This document shows, one piece after another, positions 10,045-18,521 of a stretch of 64,000 bases of DNA. Every line of letters starts with the position of its first letter. Within the stretch, counting starts at the first letter, position 1. The notes beneath the pieces are model-generated. The model ran no database searches. It was given only the letters and a program-made list of their open reading frames with translations, and was not told the origin of the DNA. The stretch comes from Candidatus Krumholzibacteriia bacterium (lineage in GTDB: Bacteria > Krumholzibacteriota > Krumholzibacteriia > JAJRXK01), in NCBI GenBank assembly GCA_029932915.1, contig JAOZPE010000013.1:17-64016 (forward strand). Direction: 5' to 3'. Both the position numbers and the translations under genes were made by a program.

Positions 10045-10073
10045 TGTATACTTTACCCATCGGGAGAGTGCAA
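10045..10073 (-). promoter_or_regulatory. Sigma70-like promoter TTGCAC-N17-TATACA
   Basis: -35 at 10068-10073 and -10 at 10045-10050 on the minus strand. The predicted start (~10038) coincides with the first base of the closing helix. Confidence 0.5.
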
Positions 10074-10190
10074 GTGTCTTTTCAGGGAATGCGCCGTGGA
10101 GTAAAGTGCCGCTGCGGGGCAAGACATGGTCCAAGTGGGGACTGCGCTCGCGGGGACCACCCCGGCCGCTCAATCATGGAATCCTGAGGC

Positions 10191-11327
10191 ATGGCCGCAA
10201 ACCCTTTTCGTTTCGGAACTCCCATCGATGAAGCCCTGCTCATCGACCGCGAGCAGGAGCGCGAGCAGCTCCTCCGCCAACTGCGTCTGGCCAAGGGCCT
10301 GGCCGTGGTCGGGCCGCGCGGCACGGGCAAGAGCAGTCTCCTGCGGGCGGTGGCCGCGTCGTGCCGCGCCGAGAACATGGACGTGGCGTGGGTCGACCTG
10401 TTGCCGGCCATCAATTCCCGCCGCTTCGCCGAGCTCTATGCCTCGGCCCTCACGCTGGAACCTTCGCACACCGTCGAGGACATGCGCGAGGCGATGCGCC
10501 GTCTCATCCCCCACTTCTCTCCGCGGGTCACGATCAGCGGTGAGGGCCGTCCCGCTCTCCAATTGGATCTGTGGGATCGCGAGAGGGACATCCAGGCGCT
10601 GATGGATCGCATCTTCGAGGTTCCCGGGGAGATGCAGGCGCGCAGCGGCCGGCCGCTGGTGGTGGTCTTCGACGACTTCGAGGATCTGCTGTCCACCGAC
10701 CAGGACGATCTCCTGCGCAATCTGGCTGCGGCCGTGCGCAAGCAGATCGAGGTGGCCTACGTCTTCGTGCTGCGGCGCGACGCGACGCTGCGCCGCACCT
10801 TCCTCGAGCCCCGCAGCCCCTTCTACCGCCTGGCCGAGCCGATGAAGATCGAGCCGGTGCCGGCCGGTGAGATGAGCCAGGGTCTGCAGGTGCTCTTCGA
10901 GGAACAGGGGGTCGCGATCGAGCACGAATTGGTCTACGAGATCCTCACCGTCGCCGCCCACGTTCCCCACTACGTGCAGATGCTGGCCCACACGGTCTTC
11001 GAGGAAGCGCGTGAGGAGGGCCGGGCGAGGATGGAACACCTCAAGGCGGCCATCTCCCACGTGTTGGAGAGCCAGGCCTACGCCTTCAAGTTCCAGTGGG
11101 ACCAGCTCTCACCGCACCAGAAGAACCTCGCGCTGGCCATTGCACAGGGACACACCGAGAAACTGCATTCACAATTGATGGTCGTGCGCCTGGGACTGGG
11201 ATCGCCCAGCACGGTGGCGAAGAACCTGAAGGCGCTCGACGCACGGGAGATCCTGCGGCGCACCGAAGAGGAGATCCGTTTCGTCGACCCCTTCTTCGGT
11301 CTCTGGCTGCAGCGGAGAATGGCCTGA
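10191..11327 (+). CDS. AAA/STAND-like 'archaeal ATPase' family protein with C-terminal wHTH
   Basis: NPFRFG start, IDREQE, Walker A GPRGTGKS, Walker B VVVFDD, PHYVQML, C-terminal FVDPFFGLW. Confidence 0.8.
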   Translation: MAANPFRFGTPIDEALLIDREQEREQLLRQLRLAKGLAVVGPRGTGKSSLLRAVAASCRAENMDVAWVDLLPAINSRRFAELYASALTLEPSHTVEDMREAMRRLIPHFSPRVTISGEGRPALQLDLWDRERDIQALMDRIFEVPGEMQARSGRPLVVVFDDFEDLLSTDQDDLLRNLAAAVRKQIEVAYVFVLRRDATLRRTFLEPRSPFYRLAEPMKIEPVPAGEMSQGLQVLFEEQGVAIEHELVYEILTVAAHVPHYVQMLAHTVFEEAREEGRARMEHLKAAISHVLESQAYAFKFQWDQLSPHQKNLALAIAQGHTEKLHSQLMVVRLGLGSPSTVAKNLKALDAREILRRTEEEIRFVDPFFGLWLQRRMA

Positions 11328-11333
11328 CTCGCC

Positions 11334-13325
11334 GTGTCCCTGATCACCCTGCAGAACGCCGGATTCGATTACGGCCGCCAGGTCATCCTCGACGGTGTCA
11401 ATCTCACCATCCATGCCGGCGAGCGCTACGGCCTGGTGGGGGTGAACGGAGCGGGCAAGAGCACCCTCATCCGTCTGTTGGCCCACGAGCTCGAACCCCT
11501 GCGCGGGCAGATCCAGAGGGCGTCGAGGGTGAGGGTGGGATACCTCACCCAGGACACCCGGCTGGAGAGCGACGAGGGACTACTGGAGGCGGTGTGCAAC
11601 ACGGCCTTCGCCGAGATCCTCGAGCTCGAACGGGATCTGGAGGAGCTCACCCGGCGCATGGGTGAAGGCGAGGATACGCCGGAGCTGCTGGAGGAATATG
11701 GTCGCCTGCACGAGCGCTTCGAGGCGGCCGACGGCTACACCCTGCGCGCACGCTGTGAAACCGCGCTCATGGGATTGGGATTCTCCACCGGCCGTTTCGA
11801 CCAGGCGGTCTCCACCCTCAGCGGCGGACAGAAGCGCCGGGCCGCCCTCGCCGCGGTCCTCTTGGGCGGCTTCGACGTGTTGCTGCTCGACGAGCCCACG
11901 AACCATCTCGATCTGGACGCGCGCGAGTGGCTGGAGGAGAACCTGGTGGCCCGGCCGGGGGCGATGATCGCCATCTCCCACGACCGCGCCTTCCTGGACA
12001 ACACCACCGACTTCACCCTGCACCTGTACAACGGCCGGCTCGACCGCTTCCAGGGAAACTACACGAAGTTCATGCGGCAGTGGGTGGAGCAGAAGGCCCA
12101 ATGGGAGGAGCGCTTCCGCCGCCAGCAGGAGAAGATCACCCGGACCGAGGCGTTCATCCGCAAGAACATCGCCGGACAGCGAACCTCCCAGGCCAAGAGC
12201 CGGCGCAAGCAGTTGGCCAGGATGGACCGGATCGAGGCGCCGCCCAGCGAGGGCCGCAGCTACCACTTCGATTTCAAGCCGGCGAGATCGAGTGGACAGG
12301 TGGTCTTCGAGGCCAAGGGCTTGACTCAGCGCTTCGGCGATCTCCTGTTGTATCGGAAGCTCGACTTCCAGATCCTGCGGGGAGAGAAGGTGGGGGTCAT
12401 CGGTCCCAACGGAACCGGGAAGACCACCCTGCTGCGTGCGCTGACCCGGGAGATCGTTCCCACCGAGGGGACGATCGTCACCGGCCACAACGTCGACATC
12501 GGCTACTACGACCAGAACCTCAGCCTGGTGAACGACGCCAACACGGTCCTGGGCGAGCTGCGCGCGCTCGATCCCATGGCCAGCGACGGCGATCTGCGAT
12601 CGCTGTTGGCTGCCTTCGGTTTCGACGAGGACATGATCGACCAGCCGATCCGTTCACTGAGCGGCGGTGAGCGGGCGAGGTTGTCTCTGCTGCATCTGAT
12701 CTTCGAGCGGCACAACACCCTCCTGCTGGACGAGCCCACGAACCACCTGGACACCGACAGCCGGGAGGCCCTGGAAGCCGCGCTGGTGGACTATCCGGGC
12801 ACGATCATCTGTGTGTCCCACGACCGCTACTTCCTCAACCGCATCGTCGATCGCATCTTCGCCTTCGAGACCCGCACCGGTGGAGGCATCGATGGCGACG
12901 GGGCGGTCGTGGGGGTTCGGCAATACCTGGGCAACTACGACGACTACCGCAGGAAGAAGAAGCAGGAGGAAGAAGAGCGGCGGACGGCCCCGGAGGGAGC
13001 CCGGGACGAGACGCCGCCGGCCAATCGCCCGGCCGATCCCCAGGCCACGCGTCCGCCCACGCCGATCCCCACCGACGGCTCGGTGCGCAAGCGGCAGTTG
13101 AGCAAGAACCAGTTGCAGAGGATCCGCCGGGAGATCCAGGATCTCGAAGAGGAGATCGCCCTGCTCGAGGAGGACATCGAGCTGTTGGGAAGGAAGATGA
13201 GTACGGGAAAGCTCGAAGGTGCCGCGCTGGCCAAGGCGGCACAGGACGTGGCCAGGCTTCAGGCGATCCTCGAGGAGAAGATGCAGCGGTGGGAGGAACG
13301 GAATCGCCTGATGGAGCGCTCGTAG
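11334..13325 (+). CDS. ABC-F family ATPase
   Basis: Two ABC cassettes (GVNGAGKS, LSGGQ, LLLDEPTNHLD; GPNGTGKT, LSGGE), no TM segments, C-terminal coiled coil. Confidence 0.92.
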   Translation: MSLITLQNAGFDYGRQVILDGVNLTIHAGERYGLVGVNGAGKSTLIRLLAHELEPLRGQIQRASRVRVGYLTQDTRLESDEGLLEAVCNTAFAEILELERDLEELTRRMGEGEDTPELLEEYGRLHERFEAADGYTLRARCETALMGLGFSTGRFDQAVSTLSGGQKRRAALAAVLLGGFDVLLLDEPTNHLDLDAREWLEENLVARPGAMIAISHDRAFLDNTTDFTLHLYNGRLDRFQGNYTKFMRQWVEQKAQWEERFRRQQEKITRTEAFIRKNIAGQRTSQAKSRRKQLARMDRIEAPPSEGRSYHFDFKPARSSGQVVFEAKGLTQRFGDLLLYRKLDFQILRGEKVGVIGPNGTGKTTLLRALTREIVPTEGTIVTGHNVDIGYYDQNLSLVNDANTVLGELRALDPMASDGDLRSLLAAFGFDEDMIDQPIRSLSGGERARLSLLHLIFERHNTLLLDEPTNHLDTDSREALEAALVDYPGTIICVSHDRYFLNRIVDRIFAFETRTGGGIDGDGAVVGVRQYLGNYDDYRRKKKQEEEERRTAPEGARDETPPANRPADPQATRPPTPIPTDGSVRKRQLSKNQLQRIRREIQDLEEEIALLEEDIELLGRKMSTGKLEGAALAKAAQDVARLQAILEEKMQRWEERNRLMERS

Positions 13326-13406
13326 GGCAGGGGTGAATTGGCCGGGGCCGCATACGAACGATCGATCTATTTTGGTCGGTCCGATTTCAATTGGACCCTT
13401 CCCTTT

Positions 13407-13450
13407 GTGATCCCCATATTCAGGTGAGTCGTGGTCCCCATATTCAGGTG
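13407..13450. repeat. Tandem 20-bp direct repeat upstream of pckG
   Basis: GTGATCCCCATATTCAGGTG (13407-13426) and GTGGTCCCCATATTCAGGTG (13431-13450): 19/20 identical, 24-bp period. Confidence 0.85.
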
Positions 13451-13520
13451 GGATTTGCCCGAAGATCATTGATTCATGTCAGATTCGCCCAGATGAGGCG
13501 GGTTCAACGAGGAGGCAGCA

Positions 13521-15482
13521 ATGCTGGAGCTGAAGAAGGGCGTGGACATCCTCTCGGCAGTGGGGGGAATCGATTCCATCGCCGATGCCTGGAAGGTGAT
13601 CCGGGAGAAACTGGACGACGAGCACCAGGCGAGGCTGTCGAAGATCAAGACCGAGGATGCCATCCTGAAGATCGCCAACGCCATTGCATGCTGCCAGCCG
13701 GACTCGGTCTACATCTCGACCGGCAGCCCCGAGGACATGGAGAACGTGCGGCGGATGAGTCTGGAGAAGGGCGAGGAGAAGCCCTTGGCGATGAAGGACC
13801 ACACCATCCACTTCGACCTGCCCGAGGAGCAGGGTCGTATCGTGGACCGCACCTACTACATCTACAACGAGGGTGATCCGGTCAGCAGCCTGGGCCAGAA
13901 GCTGCCCCGCGACGAGGCCCTCGACTATGTGAAGAAGTACATGACCGGCATCATGAAGGGCAAGACCATGATGGTCGGCTTCTTCAGCCGTGGTCCCGCC
14001 GGCGCCAAGATGGCCATCCCCGCCATCGAGATCACCTCGTCGACCTACGTCATGCACTCCGCGGACATCCTGTACCGTCATTGCTTCCATGACTTCGACA
14101 AGCAGGTGGAGATCTCCGGCACCTTCATGACCAACGTGCACAGTGAAGGTCCCAATCGCCCCGAGGATCTGCCCAACGCCCGCGTGTTCATGGATCGCAG
14201 TTGGCTCACGACCTACTCGATGTTCTGCACCTATGCCGGCAACACCCTGCTCCTGAAGAAGGGCAACCACCGTTTCGCCGTCGATCTGGCCGTGTACTAC
14301 GGCAAGGGCGAGGAACTCTCCGAGCACATGTTCATCACCGGCATGAAGGAGAAGAGCGGGCGGATCACCTGGTTCTCCGGCGCCGCCCCCAGTGGATGCG
14401 GCAAGACCACCACGGCCATGGCCGGCACCGAATTCGTCGGCGATGACCTGGCCCAGATGTGGATCGCCGAGGACGGGACCCTGCGCGCGATCAACCCCGA
14501 GCAGGGCATCTTCGGCATCGTGGCCGATGTGAACTGGGAGGGCGACCCCTACCTGATGAAGTGCCTGCGCGAGGAGGGCACCGAGGTCATCTGGTCGAAC
14601 GTGCTCGTCGACGACAAGGGCGTGCCCCATTGGACGGGCAACGGAGAGGAGCACCCCGATCACGGCATCAACTTCCAGGGTGAATGGTACAAGGGGAAGA
14701 AGGATGCCAACGGCAAGGAGATCCCCATCTCCCATCCGAACGCCCGTTGCACCCTGCGTTGCAGCGCCATCGGCAACTTCAGTACCGAGGTCGGCGACGA
14801 TCCCAAGGGTGCCCAGGTGAAGGTCGTGACCTACTCCGGCCGCGACGCGGACACCATGCCCCCCGTCTGGGTGGGCAAGAATTCGGAGCACGGTGTGGTC
14901 ATCGGCGCCTCGGTCGTGTCGGCGGCTACGGCGACTGAGGTCGGGGCCAGCGGTGTGAAGCGCCAGCCCTGGGCCAACGCTCCGTTCATTCCCGGTTCGC
15001 TGGCCGACTACATGCGGGCCCAGTTCGAGTTCTTCGGCAACACGAAGTTCTCCGACGCGGGCAAGCCGGTCCTGGCGGGCCTGAACTACTTCCTCACCAG
15101 CGAGGCCCGAGGGGGCAACGAGGGCAAGAAGCTCCTGGGTGAGAAGCGCGATGTGAAGGCCTGGTTGACCTGGCTCGCTCGTTTCGCCCATGGCGACTAC
15201 AAGGGCATCGAGACGCCCATCGGCTACATTCCTCTCTACGAAGACCTGAAGGAGACCTTCGCCGAGACCATCCAGAAGGAGTACCCGCGCGAACTGTACG
15301 AGATGCAGTTCTCCATCTACACCGACCTCATCCAGGCCCGCATCGACCTGCAGCGGGAGGCCTTCGGCAAGGAGGAGAACCTTCCCGAGCAGTTGTTCCA
15401 GGTCTATGACGAGTGGGAGGCCGGCTTGAAGGAACTCCGGGACAAGTTCGGTCCGGTGGTCAAGCCCTCTCAGCTCGGCTGA
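13521..15482 (+). CDS. pckG: Phosphoenolpyruvate carboxykinase (GTP)
   Basis: YAGNTLLLKK, EHM, APSGCGKT, VGDDLA, INPEQGIFG, SHPNAR motifs; GAGGAGG RBS. Confidence 0.92.
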   Translation: MLELKKGVDILSAVGGIDSIADAWKVIREKLDDEHQARLSKIKTEDAILKIANAIACCQPDSVYISTGSPEDMENVRRMSLEKGEEKPLAMKDHTIHFDLPEEQGRIVDRTYYIYNEGDPVSSLGQKLPRDEALDYVKKYMTGIMKGKTMMVGFFSRGPAGAKMAIPAIEITSSTYVMHSADILYRHCFHDFDKQVEISGTFMTNVHSEGPNRPEDLPNARVFMDRSWLTTYSMFCTYAGNTLLLKKGNHRFAVDLAVYYGKGEELSEHMFITGMKEKSGRITWFSGAAPSGCGKTTTAMAGTEFVGDDLAQMWIAEDGTLRAINPEQGIFGIVADVNWEGDPYLMKCLREEGTEVIWSNVLVDDKGVPHWTGNGEEHPDHGINFQGEWYKGKKDANGKEIPISHPNARCTLRCSAIGNFSTEVGDDPKGAQVKVVTYSGRDADTMPPVWVGKNSEHGVVIGASVVSAATATEVGASGVKRQPWANAPFIPGSLADYMRAQFEFFGNTKFSDAGKPVLAGLNYFLTSEARGGNEGKKLLGEKRDVKAWLTWLARFAHGDYKGIETPIGYIPLYEDLKETFAETIQKEYPRELYEMQFSIYTDLIQARIDLQREAFGKEENLPEQLFQVYDEWEAGLKELRDKFGPVVKPSQLG

Positions 15483-15509
15483 TTTCGATCGGGATACCGA
15501 CCCGAGTGG

Positions 15510-15543
15510 AAGCGCCCGGTTCTTTCGAACCGGGCGCTTTCTT
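15510..15543 (+). terminator. Intrinsic terminator after pckG
   Basis: AAGCGCCCGGTTC-loop-GAACCGGGCGCTT followed by TCTT. Confidence 0.8.
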
Positions 15544-15653
15544 GTCCGCCCTCCAGCGGTGGGGTGCCGAGCCCCCGCGCCGCCACCGGGCGGCTCGATG
15601 GTGATTTGTGGCCCATGGCGTGCCGGCTCCATTTTCTCTTTGACTTTCCCGAA

Positions 15654-15671
15654 TATCACAACATCGTGATA
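15654..15671. promoter_or_regulatory. Inverted repeat TATCAC-N6-GTGATA, putative ArsR operator
   Basis: Palindrome in an AT-rich patch 5 nt before the ArsR ATG, with TTGACT at 15640-15645. Confidence 0.55.
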
Positions 15672-15676
15672 AAACG

Positions 15677-16015
15677 ATGAATCAGGTCATTGCATCACAC
15701 TTGTTTCTCGACGACCACCGGGCCTGCTCGTGGATTCGTGACTACGTCAACCACTTCGCCAACCCGGTGCGGCTCAAGGTGTTGTGTCGTTTGATGCAGG
15801 GCCCCGCCTGTGTCTCCGAGCTGGTGGAATCCACCGAAGAGAGGCAGTCCACGGTCTCCCAGCAGCTCAAGAATCTGCTGCTGGCCGGACTCATCGAGCG
15901 CGAGGGAAGGGGAACCCGGAACTACTACCGCATCGCCGATGCGACGATTCCCGAGACCATGCGCTTCCTGGCTGAGATCGCCCGCCAAGCCAGCGGGTCA
16001 TCGAGGCATCGCTGA
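15677..16015 (+). CDS. ArsR/SmtB-family regulator (BigR/SqrR-like)
   Basis: ANPVRLKVLCRL, CVSEL, QSTVSQQLKNL, NYYRI wHTH pattern. Confidence 0.88.
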   Translation: MNQVIASHLFLDDHRACSWIRDYVNHFANPVRLKVLCRLMQGPACVSELVESTEERQSTVSQQLKNLLLAGLIEREGRGTRNYYRIADATIPETMRFLAEIARQASGSSRHR

Positions 16016-16071
16016 TCCTGATCAACCACCCCGCCCCACGCCCGTGGGAAGAGGGGGATGGCGAGGAGATC

Positions 16072-16572
16072 ATGAGGACCATAGTGGGATTCTTCGCGGC
16101 GTTCATCACTCTGTTGGCACTGTGGCTTGCCCTGGTCGGCAACCTCGATCCGCAGGAGATCGCCGCCGGGTCGATCGTGGCGGTGGCGGTGGCCGTCATC
16201 GCCCGGGGAGCGCCCTTCACCGGCCGCAGTCTGCGTTTCCTGCACCCCCGCCGACTCGTGACGGCCCTGGTGTACATTCCCTATCTGTTGTGGTCGATCG
16301 TGGAGTCGAACGTCGATGTGGCGTTGCGCGTCATCGATCCGTCCCTTCCCATCCGGCCCGGAATCGTTCGGGTGCGTACCCGGCTGAAGAATCCGGTGGC
16401 TCGTCTGGTGCTCGCCAATTCCATCACCTTGACCCCGGGCACCCTCACCGTGGACCTGTGTGAAGACGAGCTGTGCATTCACTGGGTGGACGTACAGGCG
16501 AGGAACATCGACGAAGCCACCAAGAAGATCGTGACCGGCTTCGAGCGTTTCCTGGAGGTGATCTTTGAATAA
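16072..16572 (+). CDS. Mrp/Mnh antiporter subunit E (MbxA-like)
   Basis: PGIVRV...LANSITLTPGTLTVD...IHW motif. Confidence 0.92.
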   Translation: MRTIVGFFAAFITLLALWLALVGNLDPQEIAAGSIVAVAVAVIARGAPFTGRSLRFLHPRRLVTALVYIPYLLWSIVESNVDVALRVIDPSLPIRPGIVRVRTRLKNPVARLVLANSITLTPGTLTVDLCEDELCIHWVDVQARNIDEATKKIVTGFERFLEVIFE

Positions 16573-16831
16573 TCCAGTCTTGATCCTCGAACTGGCCCTG
16601 GTGCTCGCCGGTGCGGCTGCGTTGCTCGCGGTGTGGCGCCTTCTGAAGGGTCCGGGTCCGTTCAACCGGGCGGTGGCCATGGACGTGCTCGGGCTGGTGA
16701 CGATGCCGATGATGGCTGCTCTCGCGCTGTACTCCGGACGCGGTATCTACCTGGACGTCGCTCTGGTCTACGCCGTGCTCTCCTTCCTCGGCGTCACCGC
16801 GCTGGCGCGCTACGCCGATCGGGGGTTGTGA
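16565..16831 (+). CDS. Mrp/Mnh subunit F (MbxB-like)
   Basis: RLLKGP...RAVAMD...YLDVALVYAVLSFLG; three TM helices; TTG start. Confidence 0.88.
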   Translation: MNNPVLILELALVLAGAAALLAVWRLLKGPGPFNRAVAMDVLGLVTMPMMAALALYSGRGIYLDVALVYAVLSFLGVTALARYADRGL

Positions 16832-16832
16832 G

Positions 16833-17177
16833 ATGGGCAACCATGAAATGATCGGCGCGGTGGTGACCCTCGTCGGTTCCGTCTTCCTCTTTCTCGGCGC
16901 GCTGGGCATCGTGCGCATGCCCGACCTCTACAACCGGATGCAGGCGGGAACGAAGGCCACGACCCTGGGCAACCTCATGGCCTTGCTCGGAATCGGTATC
17001 ATCCATCCGGCATGGCTCATCAAGCTCGTTCTGATTGCACTCTTCGTTCTCATCACGAACCCTCTCTCGTCGCACGCCCTGGCACGATCGGCCCGCCGGT
17101 CGGGGGTGCCGTTGGCGGACGTCACGGTTCGCGACGAGTACGAGGAGGTTCTGGTGGAGAAGGGAATCGAGCCATGA
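16833..17177 (+). CDS. Mrp/Mnh subunit G (MbxC-like)
   Basis: GIVRMPDLYNRMQAGTKATTLG...TNPLSSHALAR. Confidence 0.92.
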   Translation: MGNHEMIGAVVTLVGSVFLFLGALGIVRMPDLYNRMQAGTKATTLGNLMALLGIGIIHPAWLIKLVLIALFVLITNPLSSHALARSARRSGVPLADVTVRDEYEEVLVEKGIEP

Positions 17178-17440
17178 ACGTCCTGTCCTTCCTCAATCTC
17201 GTCGACCTGCTGGTGTGTGCGGTCGTGTTGATCGCGGCGGGCGGCGCGGCCCTGCACCGCAACCTTCTCTCGGCGGTGGTCTTCGCCGGCGTGGCCAGCC
17301 TGGCCGTGTCCTTCCTGTTCCTGCGTCTGGCCGCACCCGATGTGGCGATGACCGAGGCCGCCATCGGAGCCGGACTGTCCACGGTGATCTTCCTGATCGC
17401 GGTGCGGCGCACCCAGGAGACCGAGGAGGAGGACCGATGA
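17174..17440 (+). CDS. DUF4040 / MbhD-like membrane subunit
   Basis: LAAPDVAMTEAAIGAGL motif; start at ATG 17174 overlapping the upstream stop. Confidence 0.88.
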   Translation: MNVLSFLNLVDLLVCAVVLIAAGGAALHRNLLSAVVFAGVASLAVSFLFLRLAAPDVAMTEAAIGAGLSTVIFLIAVRRTQETEEEDR

Positions 17441-18141
17441 AACAGATCGTCTCCTTCCTGGCCCTGGCCACCTTGGCGGTCCTGTTGTGGAACCTGGCGC
17501 CCATCGCCATGCCCTCCGATCTGGGACCGGTCGCTTCGCACTACGTCTCCCACGGTCTGCAGGAGAATCGTGGTTCGAACCTGGTGACCTCCGTCGTGGT
17601 CAACTACCGCGGTTTCGACACCCTCGGTGAGGTCACGGTCCTCTTCCTGTCGGTGAGCGGCGTGGGTTTCGTGCTGCGCCGCCGTTCGGGCCTGAAGGTC
17701 CACCGGCAGCGTCCGGCCAGCGAGATCATCACCACCGGCGCCCGCATGCTCTTCGCTCCGACCGTGCTGTTCGGGGCCTACATCTTCGTCCATGGCCATC
17801 TGACCCCCGGCGGCGGCTTCCAGGGTGGGGCGGTGGTGGCCTCGGCGGTTCTGTTGTTGATCCTGGCTGACCGCGATCTGGTTCTGCCGCACGCCGCCCT
17901 GGGTTGGCTCGAATCGCTCTCGGGATTCGGCTTCGTCCTGGCCGGCGTGGTGGGGCTGGTGGTCAGCGGTTCCTTCCTCGCCAACCACGGCATCATCCCC
18001 CTGGGAACCTGGAACCGGCTGCTCTCGGCCGGCATCATCCCGGTCATCTACGTCCTCATCGGACTCAAGGTGGGGTCGGAGCTGGCCGCGTTGCTCGACG
18101 TGATGGTGCATGCCGCCGATGAAGGGGAGGCACACTCATGA
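17437..18141 (+). CDS. MnhB-type subunit (fused MbhE/F-like)
   Basis: NLVTSVVVNYRGFDTLGEV and HGHLTPGGGFQGG motifs; start at ATG 17437. Confidence 0.9.
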   Translation: MKQIVSFLALATLAVLLWNLAPIAMPSDLGPVASHYVSHGLQENRGSNLVTSVVVNYRGFDTLGEVTVLFLSVSGVGFVLRRRSGLKVHRQRPASEIITTGARMLFAPTVLFGAYIFVHGHLTPGGGFQGGAVVASAVLLLILADRDLVLPHAALGWLESLSGFGFVLAGVVGLVVSGSFLANHGIIPLGTWNRLLSAGIIPVIYVLIGLKVGSELAALLDVMVHAADEGEAHS

Positions 18142-18521
18142 TGGCCGGCAATGAACTGTACGTGGCCACTGCTCTGGGTCTGATCTTCATCGGACTGGCC
18201 ACGGTCACCATCAAGCGGAATCTCATCAAGATGGTCATCGGTTTCTCGGTGGCCGATACCGGGGTCAATCTGTTGATCGTGGCTCTGGGCTGGTTTCCCA
18301 ACCGCACCGCGCCCATCATCGACGACCCTTCGCTTCTCAGTGACCGGGCCACGCTCGCCGTGCGCAGTGCGGCGATCGTCGACCCGGTTCCCCAGGCGCT
18401 CGTTCTCACCGCCATCGTCATCGGCGTGGGCGTCACCGCGCTCATGCTCGCCTACGTGATCCGTCTCTACGCCACCGAGGGCAGCCTCGACGTGAGCCGC
18501 TTCGGGAGGATGAAATGGTAA
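18138..18521 (+). CDS. Mrp/Mnh subunit C (MbxG-like)
   Basis: RNLIKMVIG...DPVPQALVLTAIVIG. Confidence 0.92.
   Translation: MMAGNELYVATALGLIFIGLATVTIKRNLIKMVIGFSVADTGVNLLIVALGWFPNRTAPIIDDPSLLSDRATLAVRSAAIVDPVPQALVLTAIVIGVGVTALMLAYVIRLYATEGSLDVSRFGRMKW

Noticed and set aside
9817-10231. Short ORFs across the 9.64-10.19 kb intergenic region
   Set aside because: No RBS or protein motifs; the region is better explained by RNA structure.
13407-13450. Possible mini-CRISPR
   Set aside because: Only two copies separated by 4 nt; no spacer-sized gap.
13479-15659. 726-aa minus-strand ORF and similar long antisense ORFs (18467-20467, 23622-25826, 52652-54520, 59241-61862)
   Set aside because: Each lies opposite a well-supported gene and reflects codon bias.
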